DNA of 64,000 bases, from positions 3,874 to 67,873 of the forward strand of contig VSCH01000013.1 in NCBI GenBank assembly GCA_047459075.1, written 5' to 3'. The stretch's first letter is position 1; every line of letters starts with the position of its first letter. Of this stretch, positions 56,087-64,000 are shown one piece after another. The DNA is from Acidimicrobiia bacterium (lineage in GTDB: Bacteria > Actinomycetota > Acidimicrobiia > Acidimicrobiales > VFJN01). A model generated the notes under the pieces. That model did not search any database, was not told where the DNA came from, and worked only from the letters and a program-made list of their open reading frames with translations. The position numbers and the translations under genes were made by a program.

Positions 56087-57946
56087 ATGGCCACCACGAC
56101 CCAGATCGCGTCACCCCTGGTCGGCACCGTCGTGCGGGTGGACTGCTCGGTCGGGGCGCCGGTCGAGCCCGGCACCACGGTCGTGGTCGTCGAGTCGATG
56201 AAGATGGAGCACGCGGTCGAGGCCGGCGTCGCGGGCACCGTCGCCGAGGTGCGGGTGGCGGCCGGCGACGCCGTGCAGGCGGGCGACGTCCTCGTCGTCG
56301 TCGACGTGGCCGAGCCGGCCGCCGCCGGGGGCACGGCCCCCACCGGGGGCGGGTCACCGGCGGCGGAGACGGCGGGGACCGCGCCCGCCCGCCCCGAGCC
56401 CGAGCTGCGCCCCGACCTCGCCGAGGTCGTGGCCCGCCACGCCGCCGGGCTCGACGCCGCCCGCCCCGAGGCCGTCGCCCGCCGCCACCGGCGCGGGATG
56501 CGCACGGCCCGGGAGAACATCGCCGACCTGCTCGACCCGGGGTCGTTCGTCGAGTACGGGCCGCTCGTCATCGCCGCCCAGCGCCGCCGGCGCCCGGTGG
56601 AGGAGCTGATCGCCCGCACCCCGGCCGACGGGCTGGTGGCGGGGATCGGCACGGTCGACGGCCGGCCCACCGCCGTGCTGTCGTACGACTACACGGTCCT
56701 GGCGGGGACGCAGGGCTACCAGAACCACCGCAAGAAGGACCGGCTCTTCGACGTCATCGAGCGCCAGCGGCTGCCCGTCGTGTTCTTCGCCGAGGGCGGG
56801 GGCGGGCGCCCGGGCGACACCGACGCCCCCGGCGTGTCGGGCCTCGACACCGTGGCCTTCCACCTGTGGGGGCGGCTGAGCGGCCTGGTGCCCCGGGTCG
56901 GCATCGCCGCCGGCCGGTGCTTCGCCGGCAACGCCGCCATCCTCGGCAGCAGCGACGTCGTCATCGCCACCCGCGACGCCAACATCGGCATGGGCGGCCC
57001 GGCGATGATCGAGGGCGGGGGCCTCGGCGTCTACGCGCCCGAGGACATCGGCCCGATCGAGGTCCAGTCGGCCAACGGCGTCGTCGACGTCGTCGTCGAG
57101 GACGAGGCCGAGGCGGTGGCGGTCGCCCGCCGGTACCTGTCGTACTTCGCCGGTCCCGAGCCCCAGCCCGGCTGGTCGTGCGCCGACCAGGCGGTCCTGC
57201 GGGACCTCGTCCCCGAGGACCGGCGCCGGGCCTACGACGTGCGCGCCGTCGTGGAGGCGCTGGCCGACACCGGCTCGGTGCTCGAGCTGCGGGCCGGGTT
57301 CGCCCCCGGGATGGTGACCGCGCTCGCCAAGGTCGAGGGGCGGCCGATCGGCATCGTGGCCAACAACCCGGCCCACCTGGCCGGCGCCATCGACGCCGAC
57401 GCCGCCGACAAGGCGGCCCGCTTCATGCAGCTGTGCGACGCCTTCGACGTGCCGCTGCTGTTCCTGTGCGACACGCCGGGGATCATGGTCGGACCGGAGG
57501 CCGAGGAGGCCGCGCTCGTGCGCCACGCCTGCCGGCTCTTCGTCACCGGGGCCAGCCTGACGGTGCCGTACGGCACGATCGTCCTGCGCAAGGGCTACGG
57601 CCTCGGTGCGCAGGCGATGGCGGGCGGCAGCTTCAAGGCGCCGCTGTTCTGCGTCGCCTGGCCGACCGGCGAGGTCGGCGGCATGGGCCTCGAGGGGGCG
57701 GTGCGCCTCGGCTACCGGCGGGAGCTGGAGGCCGTCGAGGACCCCGAGGAGCGGGAGCGCACGTTCCAGCGCATGGTCGAAGCCGCCTACGAGCACGGCA
57801 AGGCGCTGAGCGCGGCCAGCCACTTCGAGGTCGACGACGTCATCGACCCCGCCGACAGCCGGCGCTGGATCACGGCGATGCTGGCCGCCGCGCCCCCGCC
57901 GCCGCCCCGGACGGGGAAGAAGCGCCCCCTCGTCGACACGTGGTGA
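56087..57946 (+). CDS. Biotinyl domain + carboxyltransferase fusion
   Basis: ESMKME biotinylation motif; YDYTVLAGTQG, GGGRPGD, GRCFAGNA, DTPG.MVG, KGYGLG. Confidence 0.9.
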   Translation: MATTTQIASPLVGTVVRVDCSVGAPVEPGTTVVVVESMKMEHAVEAGVAGTVAEVRVAAGDAVQAGDVLVVVDVAEPAAAGGTAPTGGGSPAAETAGTAPARPEPELRPDLAEVVARHAAGLDAARPEAVARRHRRGMRTARENIADLLDPGSFVEYGPLVIAAQRRRRPVEELIARTPADGLVAGIGTVDGRPTAVLSYDYTVLAGTQGYQNHRKKDRLFDVIERQRLPVVFFAEGGGGRPGDTDAPGVSGLDTVAFHLWGRLSGLVPRVGIAAGRCFAGNAAILGSSDVVIATRDANIGMGGPAMIEGGGLGVYAPEDIGPIEVQSANGVVDVVVEDEAEAVAVARRYLSYFAGPEPQPGWSCADQAVLRDLVPEDRRRAYDVRAVVEALADTGSVLELRAGFAPGMVTALAKVEGRPIGIVANNPAHLAGAIDADAADKAARFMQLCDAFDVPLLFLCDTPGIMVGPEAEEAALVRHACRLFVTGASLTVPYGTIVLRKGYGLGAQAMAGGSFKAPLFCVAWPTGEVGGMGLEGAVRLGYRRELEAVEDPEERERTFQRMVEAAYEHGKALSAASHFEVDDVIDPADSRRWITAMLAAAPPPPPRTGKKRPLVDTW

Positions 57947-58003
57947 GCACCGCGAACCAGTGACCGCGCTCCGCGCGTGTCCGTCGCGTGGCGTAACCTC
58001 ATC

Positions 58004-58054
58004 TTGCCGACCTGACTGGCAAAGTTGACCGGACAAGTCGGATTTGCCTACGTT
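58004..58054 (+). promoter_or_regulatory. SigA-type promoter (TTGACC-N18-TACGTT) with adjacent inverted repeat
   Basis: -35 at 58025-58030, -10 at 58049-58054; TTGCC...GGCAA at 58004-58022. Confidence 0.55.
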
Positions 58055-58117
58055 TCACGCCCCGCGACCGGCAGCCACCGGTCCTCGACCGCCTCAGGGC
58101 ACCAAGGAGGGACAGGC

Positions 58118-59137
58118 GTGGAGATCCCCGTACGACGGATGCGCGGCCTGGTGGCCGCGGCCCTGCTCGTCGCCGCGGCGTGCGGCTCCGGCGCGTCGGG
58201 CGACGAGGGCAGGACGCTGAACATCGTCGGCTTCGCCGTCCCCGAGGCGGCCAACCGCGCCATCGCCGAGGAGTGGGCGAAGACGCCGGAGGGCGAGGGC
58301 GTCCGGTTCGAGACGTCCTACGGGGCCTCGGGCGACCAGAGCCGGGCCGTCGTCAACGGCCTCGAGGCCGACTACGTGCACTTCTCGGTGACGAGCGACG
58401 TCCTGCGGCTGGTCGACGCCGGCCTGGTCGCCGAGGACTGGGACGACGGGCCGACCAAGGGCGTCGTGTCGTCGTCGATCGTCGTCTTCGCGGTCCGGCC
58501 CGGGAACCCGGAGGGCATCGAGGACTGGGACGACCTCCTGCGCCCCGGCATCGAGATCGTCACCCCCAACCCCGCCTCGTCGGGCGCCGCCCGCTGGAAC
58601 GCGCTGGCCGCCTGGGGGCAGGTGATCGCCTCCGGCGGCACCGAGGCCGAGGCCGAGGAGTACGTGCGGGCGCTGTTCGACCACGTCGTCTCCCTGCCGG
58701 GCAGCGGCCGGGACGCCACCACCGCCTTCCTCAACGGCACCGGTGACGTGCTGCTCGCCTACGAGAACGAGGCGATCCTCGCCCGCCAGAACGGCGAGGA
58801 GCTCGACTACGTCATCCCCGACACCACGATGCTGATCGAGAACCCGGGCGCCGTGCTGATCGACGCCGACCCGATCGCCGAGGACTGGCTCGAGTTCGTG
58901 CTCAGCGAGGAGGGGCAGCGCCAGTTCGCCCTCCACGGCTTCCGCCCCGTCGTCGACGGCGTCGAGGTCGAGCGGGTCGAGGGCGCGGCCGACCCCACCG
59001 ACCCCTACCCCGAGGTCGAGCGGCTGCTCACCGTCGAGGACGACTTCGGCAGCTGGGAGGAGCTGTCGGAGAAGTTCTTCGACGGCGAGGACGCCGTCAT
59101 CGCCCGCATCATCGCGGAGTCGGGGAAGGCCGGGTGA
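58118..59137 (+). CDS. sbp: Sulfate ABC transporter substrate-binding lipoprotein
   Basis: Lipobox AAAC, SYGASGDQSRAV..GL.AD, NP..I.DWDDL, TPNP.SSG.ARWN, YENEA. Confidence 0.92.
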   Translation: MEIPVRRMRGLVAAALLVAAACGSGASGDEGRTLNIVGFAVPEAANRAIAEEWAKTPEGEGVRFETSYGASGDQSRAVVNGLEADYVHFSVTSDVLRLVDAGLVAEDWDDGPTKGVVSSSIVVFAVRPGNPEGIEDWDDLLRPGIEIVTPNPASSGAARWNALAAWGQVIASGGTEAEAEEYVRALFDHVVSLPGSGRDATTAFLNGTGDVLLAYENEAILARQNGEELDYVIPDTTMLIENPGAVLIDADPIAEDWLEFVLSEEGQRQFALHGFRPVVDGVEVERVEGAADPTDPYPEVERLLTVEDDFGSWEELSEKFFDGEDAVIARIIAESGKAG

Positions 59138-59982
59138 CGGCGGCAGCCCTGGACGGGGCGGGGCCGGCGACCTCCGCACGCCGGCCCCGCCACCCCGGCG
59201 GGCTCACGCCCGCGTCCGGCCTCGGCCTGGGCGTCGCGCTGGTGTGGTTCAGCCTGCTCGTGCTGCTCCCGCTGGCCGCGGTCGCCGCCACCACCGCCGA
59301 GGGCGGCTGGGGCGGGTTCTGGCGAGCCGTCACCAACGAGCAGACGGCGGCGGCCATCCGCCTCACCGTCACCCAGGCGCTGCTCGTGACCGCCGTCGAC
59401 GTGGTCATGGGCACGCTCGTCGCCTGGGTGCTGGTGCGCGACTCGTTCCCCGGCAAGCGCCTGCTCGAGCTGCTCATCGACATCCCCTTCGCCCTGCCGA
59501 CGATCGTCGCCGGCCTCGTGCTCCTGTCGCTCTACGGGCCCGACGGCCCCCTCGGCGTCGACGTCACCAACCGGCGGCCGGCGGTGTTCCTCGCCCTGCT
59601 GTTCGTGACGACGCCGTTCGTCGTCCGCACCGTGCAGCCGGTGCTGGCCGAGCTCGACCCCGAGGCCGAGGAGGCCGCGGCGTCGCTGGGCGCCGGCCGG
59701 CTCACGATCTTCCGCCGCATCGTGCTGCCCGCCATCACCCCGGCGATCGCCGCCGGCGCCGCGCTGGCCTTCGCCCGCGGCATGGGCGAGTACGGGTCGC
59801 TCGTGCTGCTGTCGGGGAACCTGCCCTTCCGGACGGAGGTCGCCTCGGTCCGCATCCTCGCCAGCATCGAGAGCGACGACCTCCCGGCCGCCGCCTCGGT
59901 GGCCACCGTCCTGCTCGTGGTGTCGCTGGCCGTCATCGCGGCCATCGACCTGCTGCAGCGCCGGATGGTGCGCCGTGGCTGA
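59134..59982 (+). CDS. cysT: Sulfate ABC transporter permease CysT
   Basis: AWVLVRD.FPGK, DIPFALPT, PFVVRTVQPVL, EEAA. Confidence 0.92.
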   Translation: MTAAALDGAGPATSARRPRHPGGLTPASGLGLGVALVWFSLLVLLPLAAVAATTAEGGWGGFWRAVTNEQTAAAIRLTVTQALLVTAVDVVMGTLVAWVLVRDSFPGKRLLELLIDIPFALPTIVAGLVLLSLYGPDGPLGVDVTNRRPAVFLALLFVTTPFVVRTVQPVLAELDPEAEEAAASLGAGRLTIFRRIVLPAITPAIAAGAALAFARGMGEYGSLVLLSGNLPFRTEVASVRILASIESDDLPAAASVATVLLVVSLAVIAAIDLLQRRMVRRG

Positions 59983-60808
59983 CCGGTCCCGCCGCCGGCC
60001 GCCGCTCGGGCGCTGGGCCCTGCGCCTGGTCGTCGTCGCCTACCTCGGGCTGCTCGTCGCCTGGCCGGTGGGCCTCGTCGCCCGCAACGCCCTCGACGGC
60101 GGGCTCGCCAACATCCGGGACATCCTCGAGGAGCCCGACACCGTGCACGCGCTCCGGCTCACCGCCGGGGTGGCGCTGACGTCGGTCGCCATCAACACGG
60201 TCTTCGGCGTCGGCATCTCGCTGCTGCTCGTCCGCCACCGGTTCCCCGGCCGCCGGCTGCTCAGCGCGCTCGTCGACCTGCCGCTGTCGGTGTCGCCGGT
60301 CGTCGTCGGCCTCGCGCTCGTGCTCGTCTACGGCGGCCGGGACGGCTGGCTGGGCCCGACGCTCGAGGACCTCGGCCTGCAGGTGATCTTCGCCCCGCCC
60401 GGCATGGTCATGGCCACCACGTTCGTGGCCCTGCCGCTCGTGGTGCGCGAGGTCGTCCCGGTCCTCGAGGAGATCGGCACCGAGCAGGAGGAGGCCGCCC
60501 ACAGCCTGGGCGCCGGCGCCTGGGCCACCTTCCGGCGCATCACCCTGCCGTCGATCCGGTGGGCCGTCGTCTACGGCGTGGCGCTCAGCCTCGCCCGCGC
60601 CCTCGGCGAGTTCGGGGCGGTCAAGATCGTCTCGGGCAACGTCGCCGGCAGGACCCGGACGGCGACGCTCGTCGTCGAGGAGAAGTACCTCAACTTCGAC
60701 CAGGGCGGCGCCTACGCCACCGCGTTCCTGCTCACGCTCGTGGCCGTCGCCTGCATCGCCGTCGTGACGCTCGTCCGTCCCGACCAGTCCGGAGGCAGGA
60801 GCCCGTGA
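59975..60808 (+). CDS. cysW: Sulfate ABC transporter permease CysW
   Basis: [40 protein letters not shown]. Confidence 0.92.
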   Translation: MADRSRRRPPLGRWALRLVVVAYLGLLVAWPVGLVARNALDGGLANIRDILEEPDTVHALRLTAGVALTSVAINTVFGVGISLLLVRHRFPGRRLLSALVDLPLSVSPVVVGLALVLVYGGRDGWLGPTLEDLGLQVIFAPPGMVMATTFVALPLVVREVVPVLEEIGTEQEEAAHSLGAGAWATFRRITLPSIRWAVVYGVALSLARALGEFGAVKIVSGNVAGRTRTATLVVEEKYLNFDQGGAYATAFLLTLVAVACIAVVTLVRPDQSGGRSP

Positions 60809-61797
60809 GCATCGAGGTCAGGCACGTCAGCAAGCGCTTCGGCGACTTCGTCGCCCTCGACGACGTGTCGGTCAGCATCCCGACCGGCCAGCTCACCGCC
60901 CTCCTCGGCCCGAGCGGCGGCGGCAAGTCGACGCTCCTGCGGGTCGTCGCGGGCCTGGAGCAGGCCGACTCGGGCACCGTCGAGATCGAGGGCGTCGACG
61001 CCACCCACCTGCGCCCGCAGGAGCGCAACGTCGGCTTCGTCTTCCAGCACTACGCCGCCTTCAAGCACCTGACCGTCGCCCGCAACATCGCCTTCGGCCT
61101 CGAGGTCCGCCGCCGGCCCAAGGCCGAGGTGCGCCGGCGCGTGCAGGAGCTGCTCGAGCTCGTGCACCTGGAGCAGTTCGCCGACCGCCTGCCCTCCCAG
61201 CTCTCCGGCGGCCAGCGCCAGCGGATGGCGCTGGCCCGGGCCCTGGCGGTCGAGCCCCGGGTGCTGCTGCTCGACGAGCCCTTCGGGGCCCTCGACGCCA
61301 AGGTCCGCAAGGAGCTGCGGGACTGGCTCCGGCGGCTCCACGAGGAGGTGCACGTCACGACCGTGTTCGTGACCCACGACCAGGAGGAGGCGCTGGAGGT
61401 CGCCGACGAGATCGTCGTCATCGACGCCGGCCGGGTCCGGCAGGTGGGCACGCCCGACGAGCTGTACGACTCGCCGGCCGACGACTTCGTCATGCGCTTC
61501 CTCGGGCCGGTGACCCAGCTCGGCGGCGACCTCGTCCGGCCGCACGACATCGAGCTGCACACGAGCCCGGTCGAGGGCGCCACCGCCGGCACGATCAGCC
61601 GGCTGGTGCGGGTGGGCTTCGAGGTGCGGATCGACGTGACGACCGCCGACCAGGTCGTGCTCGTGACCGCCACCCGGCCGCAGGTGCAGGCCCTCGGCGT
61701 CGAGGTCGGCACGCCGGTGTGGGTGCGCCCGGTGGCCGGCGCCGCGACGGTGCCGGCCGCGGGCCCGGCACCCGACGACGACCTCGTCACCGCCTGA
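60805..61797 (+). CDS. cysA: Sulfate ABC transporter ATP-binding protein CysA
   Basis: [42 protein letters not shown]. Confidence 0.94.
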   Translation: MSIEVRHVSKRFGDFVALDDVSVSIPTGQLTALLGPSGGGKSTLLRVVAGLEQADSGTVEIEGVDATHLRPQERNVGFVFQHYAAFKHLTVARNIAFGLEVRRRPKAEVRRRVQELLELVHLEQFADRLPSQLSGGQRQRMALARALAVEPRVLLLDEPFGALDAKVRKELRDWLRRLHEEVHVTTVFVTHDQEEALEVADEIVVIDAGRVRQVGTPDELYDSPADDFVMRFLGPVTQLGGDLVRPHDIELHTSPVEGATAGTISRLVRVGFEVRIDVTTADQVVLVTATRPQVQALGVEVGTPVWVRPVAGAATVPAAGPAPDDDLVTA

Positions 61798-61821
61798 CCG
61801 CCCGGCGGGCGCCGCGCCCGG

Positions 61822-63138
61822 TCAGCACTCGCGCAGGTCGGCGACGGTGGGGGCCGGCGGCGGGCCGGCCCCCGGACGCAGGACGCGCCCGGCGGCGAGC
61901 GCCAGCGCCCCCGCCGTCGCCGCGACGAGCACGAAGGCCCACCGCAGCCCGACGAGCTCGGCGACCGCGCCCACGATCACCGGCTCGGCCAGGAACCCGA
62001 GGCGGGCGGCGAGCGACACCGTGGCCGCGCCCGTGCCCGGCGCCACGCCGGCGGTGTTGCCGGCCGCGGCGAAGGCGAGCGGGAAGAAGCCGCTGGCGCC
62101 CACGCCGGCGACGAGCAGGCCGAGGGCGAAGGGGGCCGGGTGGTCGACGACCGCCCCGACCAGGAGCCCGGCGGCGGCCAGCGCCATGCCCCAGCGGAGC
62201 GTGGCGACGCCGCCGACGCGGTCGGTGACCGCGTCGCCGACGAGCCGGCCGGCGAGCATCCCGGCGGTGAAGGCGGCGAACCCGAGGGCGGCGACGCCGG
62301 GGCCGGTGCCCAGGCGCTCGAGGCGGATGGCCGACCAGTCCGACGGGCCGCCCTCGACGACGGCCCCGCCCATCGTGGCCACGGCCAGCGCCACCAGCGG
62401 CCCGACGGCCGGGCGACGGGACCGGCCCGGCCCGCGACGGGTCGGGGCGGGCGGTGGCGGGCCGCCCGGGCCGGCGACCGACGCCGGGCCCGTGCCCGCC
62501 GGCCGGGCGCCCGCGGGCACCGGGGCCTCCGGCCCGGGGGCCGGGACGGGCGGGGCCCGGTCCGCGGCGCCGTCGTCGGCCACGAGGCCGCCGCGCACCA
62601 GCACCACCCCGGCGGCCAGCGCGGCGCCCACGACCGCCAGCTGCACCGTCAGGGGCACGCCCAGCCCGGCCGCCGCGGCGGCGAGGCCGGCGGCGCCGAG
62701 CGACCCGAGGCTCCAGGCGCCGTGGAGCCGGTGCATGACCGACCGGCCGGCCCGGCGCTCGTAGGCGGCGCCGTTGGCGTTCATGGCGATGTCCATCGCC
62801 GCGTCCGCCGCCCCGATCGCGGCGAGGGCGGCGAACAGCGCGGCCGGCGTCGGCGCGGCCCCGGCGGTCCAGAGCGCGCCGCCCAGGCCCACGGCGGCGG
62901 CCAGCACGACCCGACGGCTGCCGAACCGCTCGACCGCCCGGCCGGCGAGGGGGCTGGCGGCCAGCGCGCCGACCGCCAGGCCCACGAGCACCGCGCCGAG
63001 GCCGGCGTCGGAGAGGCCGAGCGACGCCTGGCGCTCGGGCAGCCGGGGCAGGAAGCTCGGGCCGCCCAGGCCGTTGGCGACGAACACCACCGCGACCGCC
63101 CCGGCGCGGGGCGAGGCGGTCGGGCGGCGCCGGGTCAT
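61822..63138 (-). CDS. MFS transporter (YbjJ-like)
   Basis: DIAMNA, LHGAWSLG, EG...DWSA, GRLVGD; about 12 TM. Confidence 0.88.
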   Translation of the reverse strand: MTRRRPTASPRAGAVAVVFVANGLGGPSFLPRLPERQASLGLSDAGLGAVLVGLAVGALAASPLAGRAVERFGSRRVVLAAAVGLGGALWTAGAAPTPAALFAALAAIGAADAAMDIAMNANGAAYERRAGRSVMHRLHGAWSLGSLGAAGLAAAAAGLGVPLTVQLAVVGAALAAGVVLVRGGLVADDGAADRAPPVPAPGPEAPVPAGARPAGTGPASVAGPGGPPPPAPTRRGPGRSRRPAVGPLVALAVATMGGAVVEGGPSDWSAIRLERLGTGPGVAALGFAAFTAGMLAGRLVGDAVTDRVGGVATLRWGMALAAAGLLVGAVVDHPAPFALGLLVAGVGASGFFPLAFAAAGNTAGVAPGTGAATVSLAARLGFLAEPVIVGAVAELVGLRWAFVLVAATAGALALAAGRVLRPGAGPPPAPTVADLREC

Positions 63139-63183
63139 GGGTGACGGTCTACCCGGTGGGCCCCGGCGGCCCGAGGTGGCCCG

Positions 63184-64000
63184 TCAGCGCGGCACCTGCG
63201 ACCAGGGCACGTCCTTGTCGACGCGGGGCTCGCCCGGCAGGCCGAGCACCCGCTCGCCCAGGATGTTGCGCTGGATCTCGGAGGTGCCGCCCTCGATCGA
63301 GTTGGCCCGCGACCGCAGGAACATCTTGCGGGCGCTGCCCGGCGGGCCGACGAGGCCGAGGTTCTCGGCCCGGCGCATCTCGTAGTCGAAGCCGACCAGG
63401 CCGTCCGCCCCCAGCAGGTCGATGCACAGCTCGTAGATGGCCATGTTGACCTCGGCGAACTTGAGCTTGGCGATCGACCCCTCGGGCCCCGGGTTGCCGG
63501 CCTTGCGGTTCTGGGCGGCCCGGATGTTGGTCAGCCGGAGCACCTCGGACTCGATCCACAGCGACATGAGGCGGTCGCGCATCGCCGGGGTCTTGTGGGC
63601 GACCTCCTCCTTCCAGATGCGCACGGCCTCGGCGATCGCGCCCGAGCCCCGGGTCGGCCGGCCGCCGCCCCCGCCGATGGTCGTGCGCTCGTTCATCAGG
63701 GTCGTCATGGCGACCCGCCAGCCCTCGCCCACGCCGCCGATGCGGTCGGCGTCGGGCACCCGGACCTCGGTCAGGTACACCTCGTTGAACTCGGCCTCGC
63801 CGGTCATCTGCCGCAGCGGCCGGACCTCGACGCCCGGCGCGTGCATGTCGAGGGCGAAGTAGGTCAGGCCCTTGTGCTTGGGGGCGTCGGGGTCGGTGCG
63901 GGCGATGAGCATCCCGCGGTCGGCGATGTGGGCCAGCGTGTTCCACACCTTCTGGCCGGTGATGACCCACTCGTCGCCGTCGCGCACGGCCCGGCAGGCG
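63184..64000 (-). CDS. Acyl-CoA dehydrogenase (5' end outside window)
   Basis: GQKVWN, PKHKGLTYF, VRPLRQMTG.AEFNEV, TLMNER, SIEGGTSEIQRNI.GERVLGLP. Confidence 0.92.
   Translation of the reverse strand, partial: ACRAVRDGDEWVITGQKVWNTLAHIADRGMLIARTDPDAPKHKGLTYFALDMHAPGVEVRPLRQMTGEAEFNEVYLTEVRVPDADRIGGVGEGWRVAMTTLMNERTTIGGGGGRPTRGSGAIAEAVRIWKEEVAHKTPAMRDRLMSLWIESEVLRLTNIRAAQNRKAGNPGPEGSIAKLKFAEVNMAIYELCIDLLGADGLVGFDYEMRRAENLGLVGPPGSARKMFLRSRANSIEGGTSEIQRNILGERVLGLPGEPRVDKDVPWSQVPR

Noticed and set aside
61795-61824. TGACCG...CGGTCA inverted repeats between convergent genes (similar at ~32957)
   Set aside because: Explained by the TGAC stop-codon context on both strands; not a distinct REP element

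Overview
Chromosomal window from a very GC-rich actinobacterium. Gene content suggests Acidimicrobiia, but that is inference only. No rRNA, tRNA, CRISPR array, transposase or prophage was seen. About 65 densely packed genes fall into four themes. (1) Steroid/lipid side-chain catabolism: enoyl-CoA hydratase, DUF35 + SCP-x thiolase, MaoC, CYP142-like and CYP125/124-like P450s, FadD19-like ligase, a FadE26/FadE27-like pair, a Baeyer-Villiger monooxygenase, and KstR-like operators. (2) An apparent general-stress/dormancy set: two STAS anti-anti-sigmas, a CHASE-GAF-PP2C phosphatase, a MEDS-HATPase anti-sigma, LigD/PrimPol repair genes, two ferritin-like proteins, a catalase-like protein, a Zn-ADH and many small acidic proteins. 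Many of these share a GGGTA(G/C) element about 10 nt before the start codon. (3) Signalling and cell wall: a LAL regulator, a LysM-Rpf gene with a structured leader, a stand-alone DAC (DisA_N) protein, and an ECF sigma with a partner. (4) Transport: two MFS proteins, a CPA antiporter and a sulfate ABC system. The most notable unexplained items are a ~210-nt structured intergenic unit with a 14-codon ORF (33.75-33.97 kb), the DAC protein divergent from tandem ferritin-like genes, the leaderless SigF/SigB-like regulon, and a QTMAN/GTDC1-like glycosyltransferase. All family calls come from motif recognition, not database searches.
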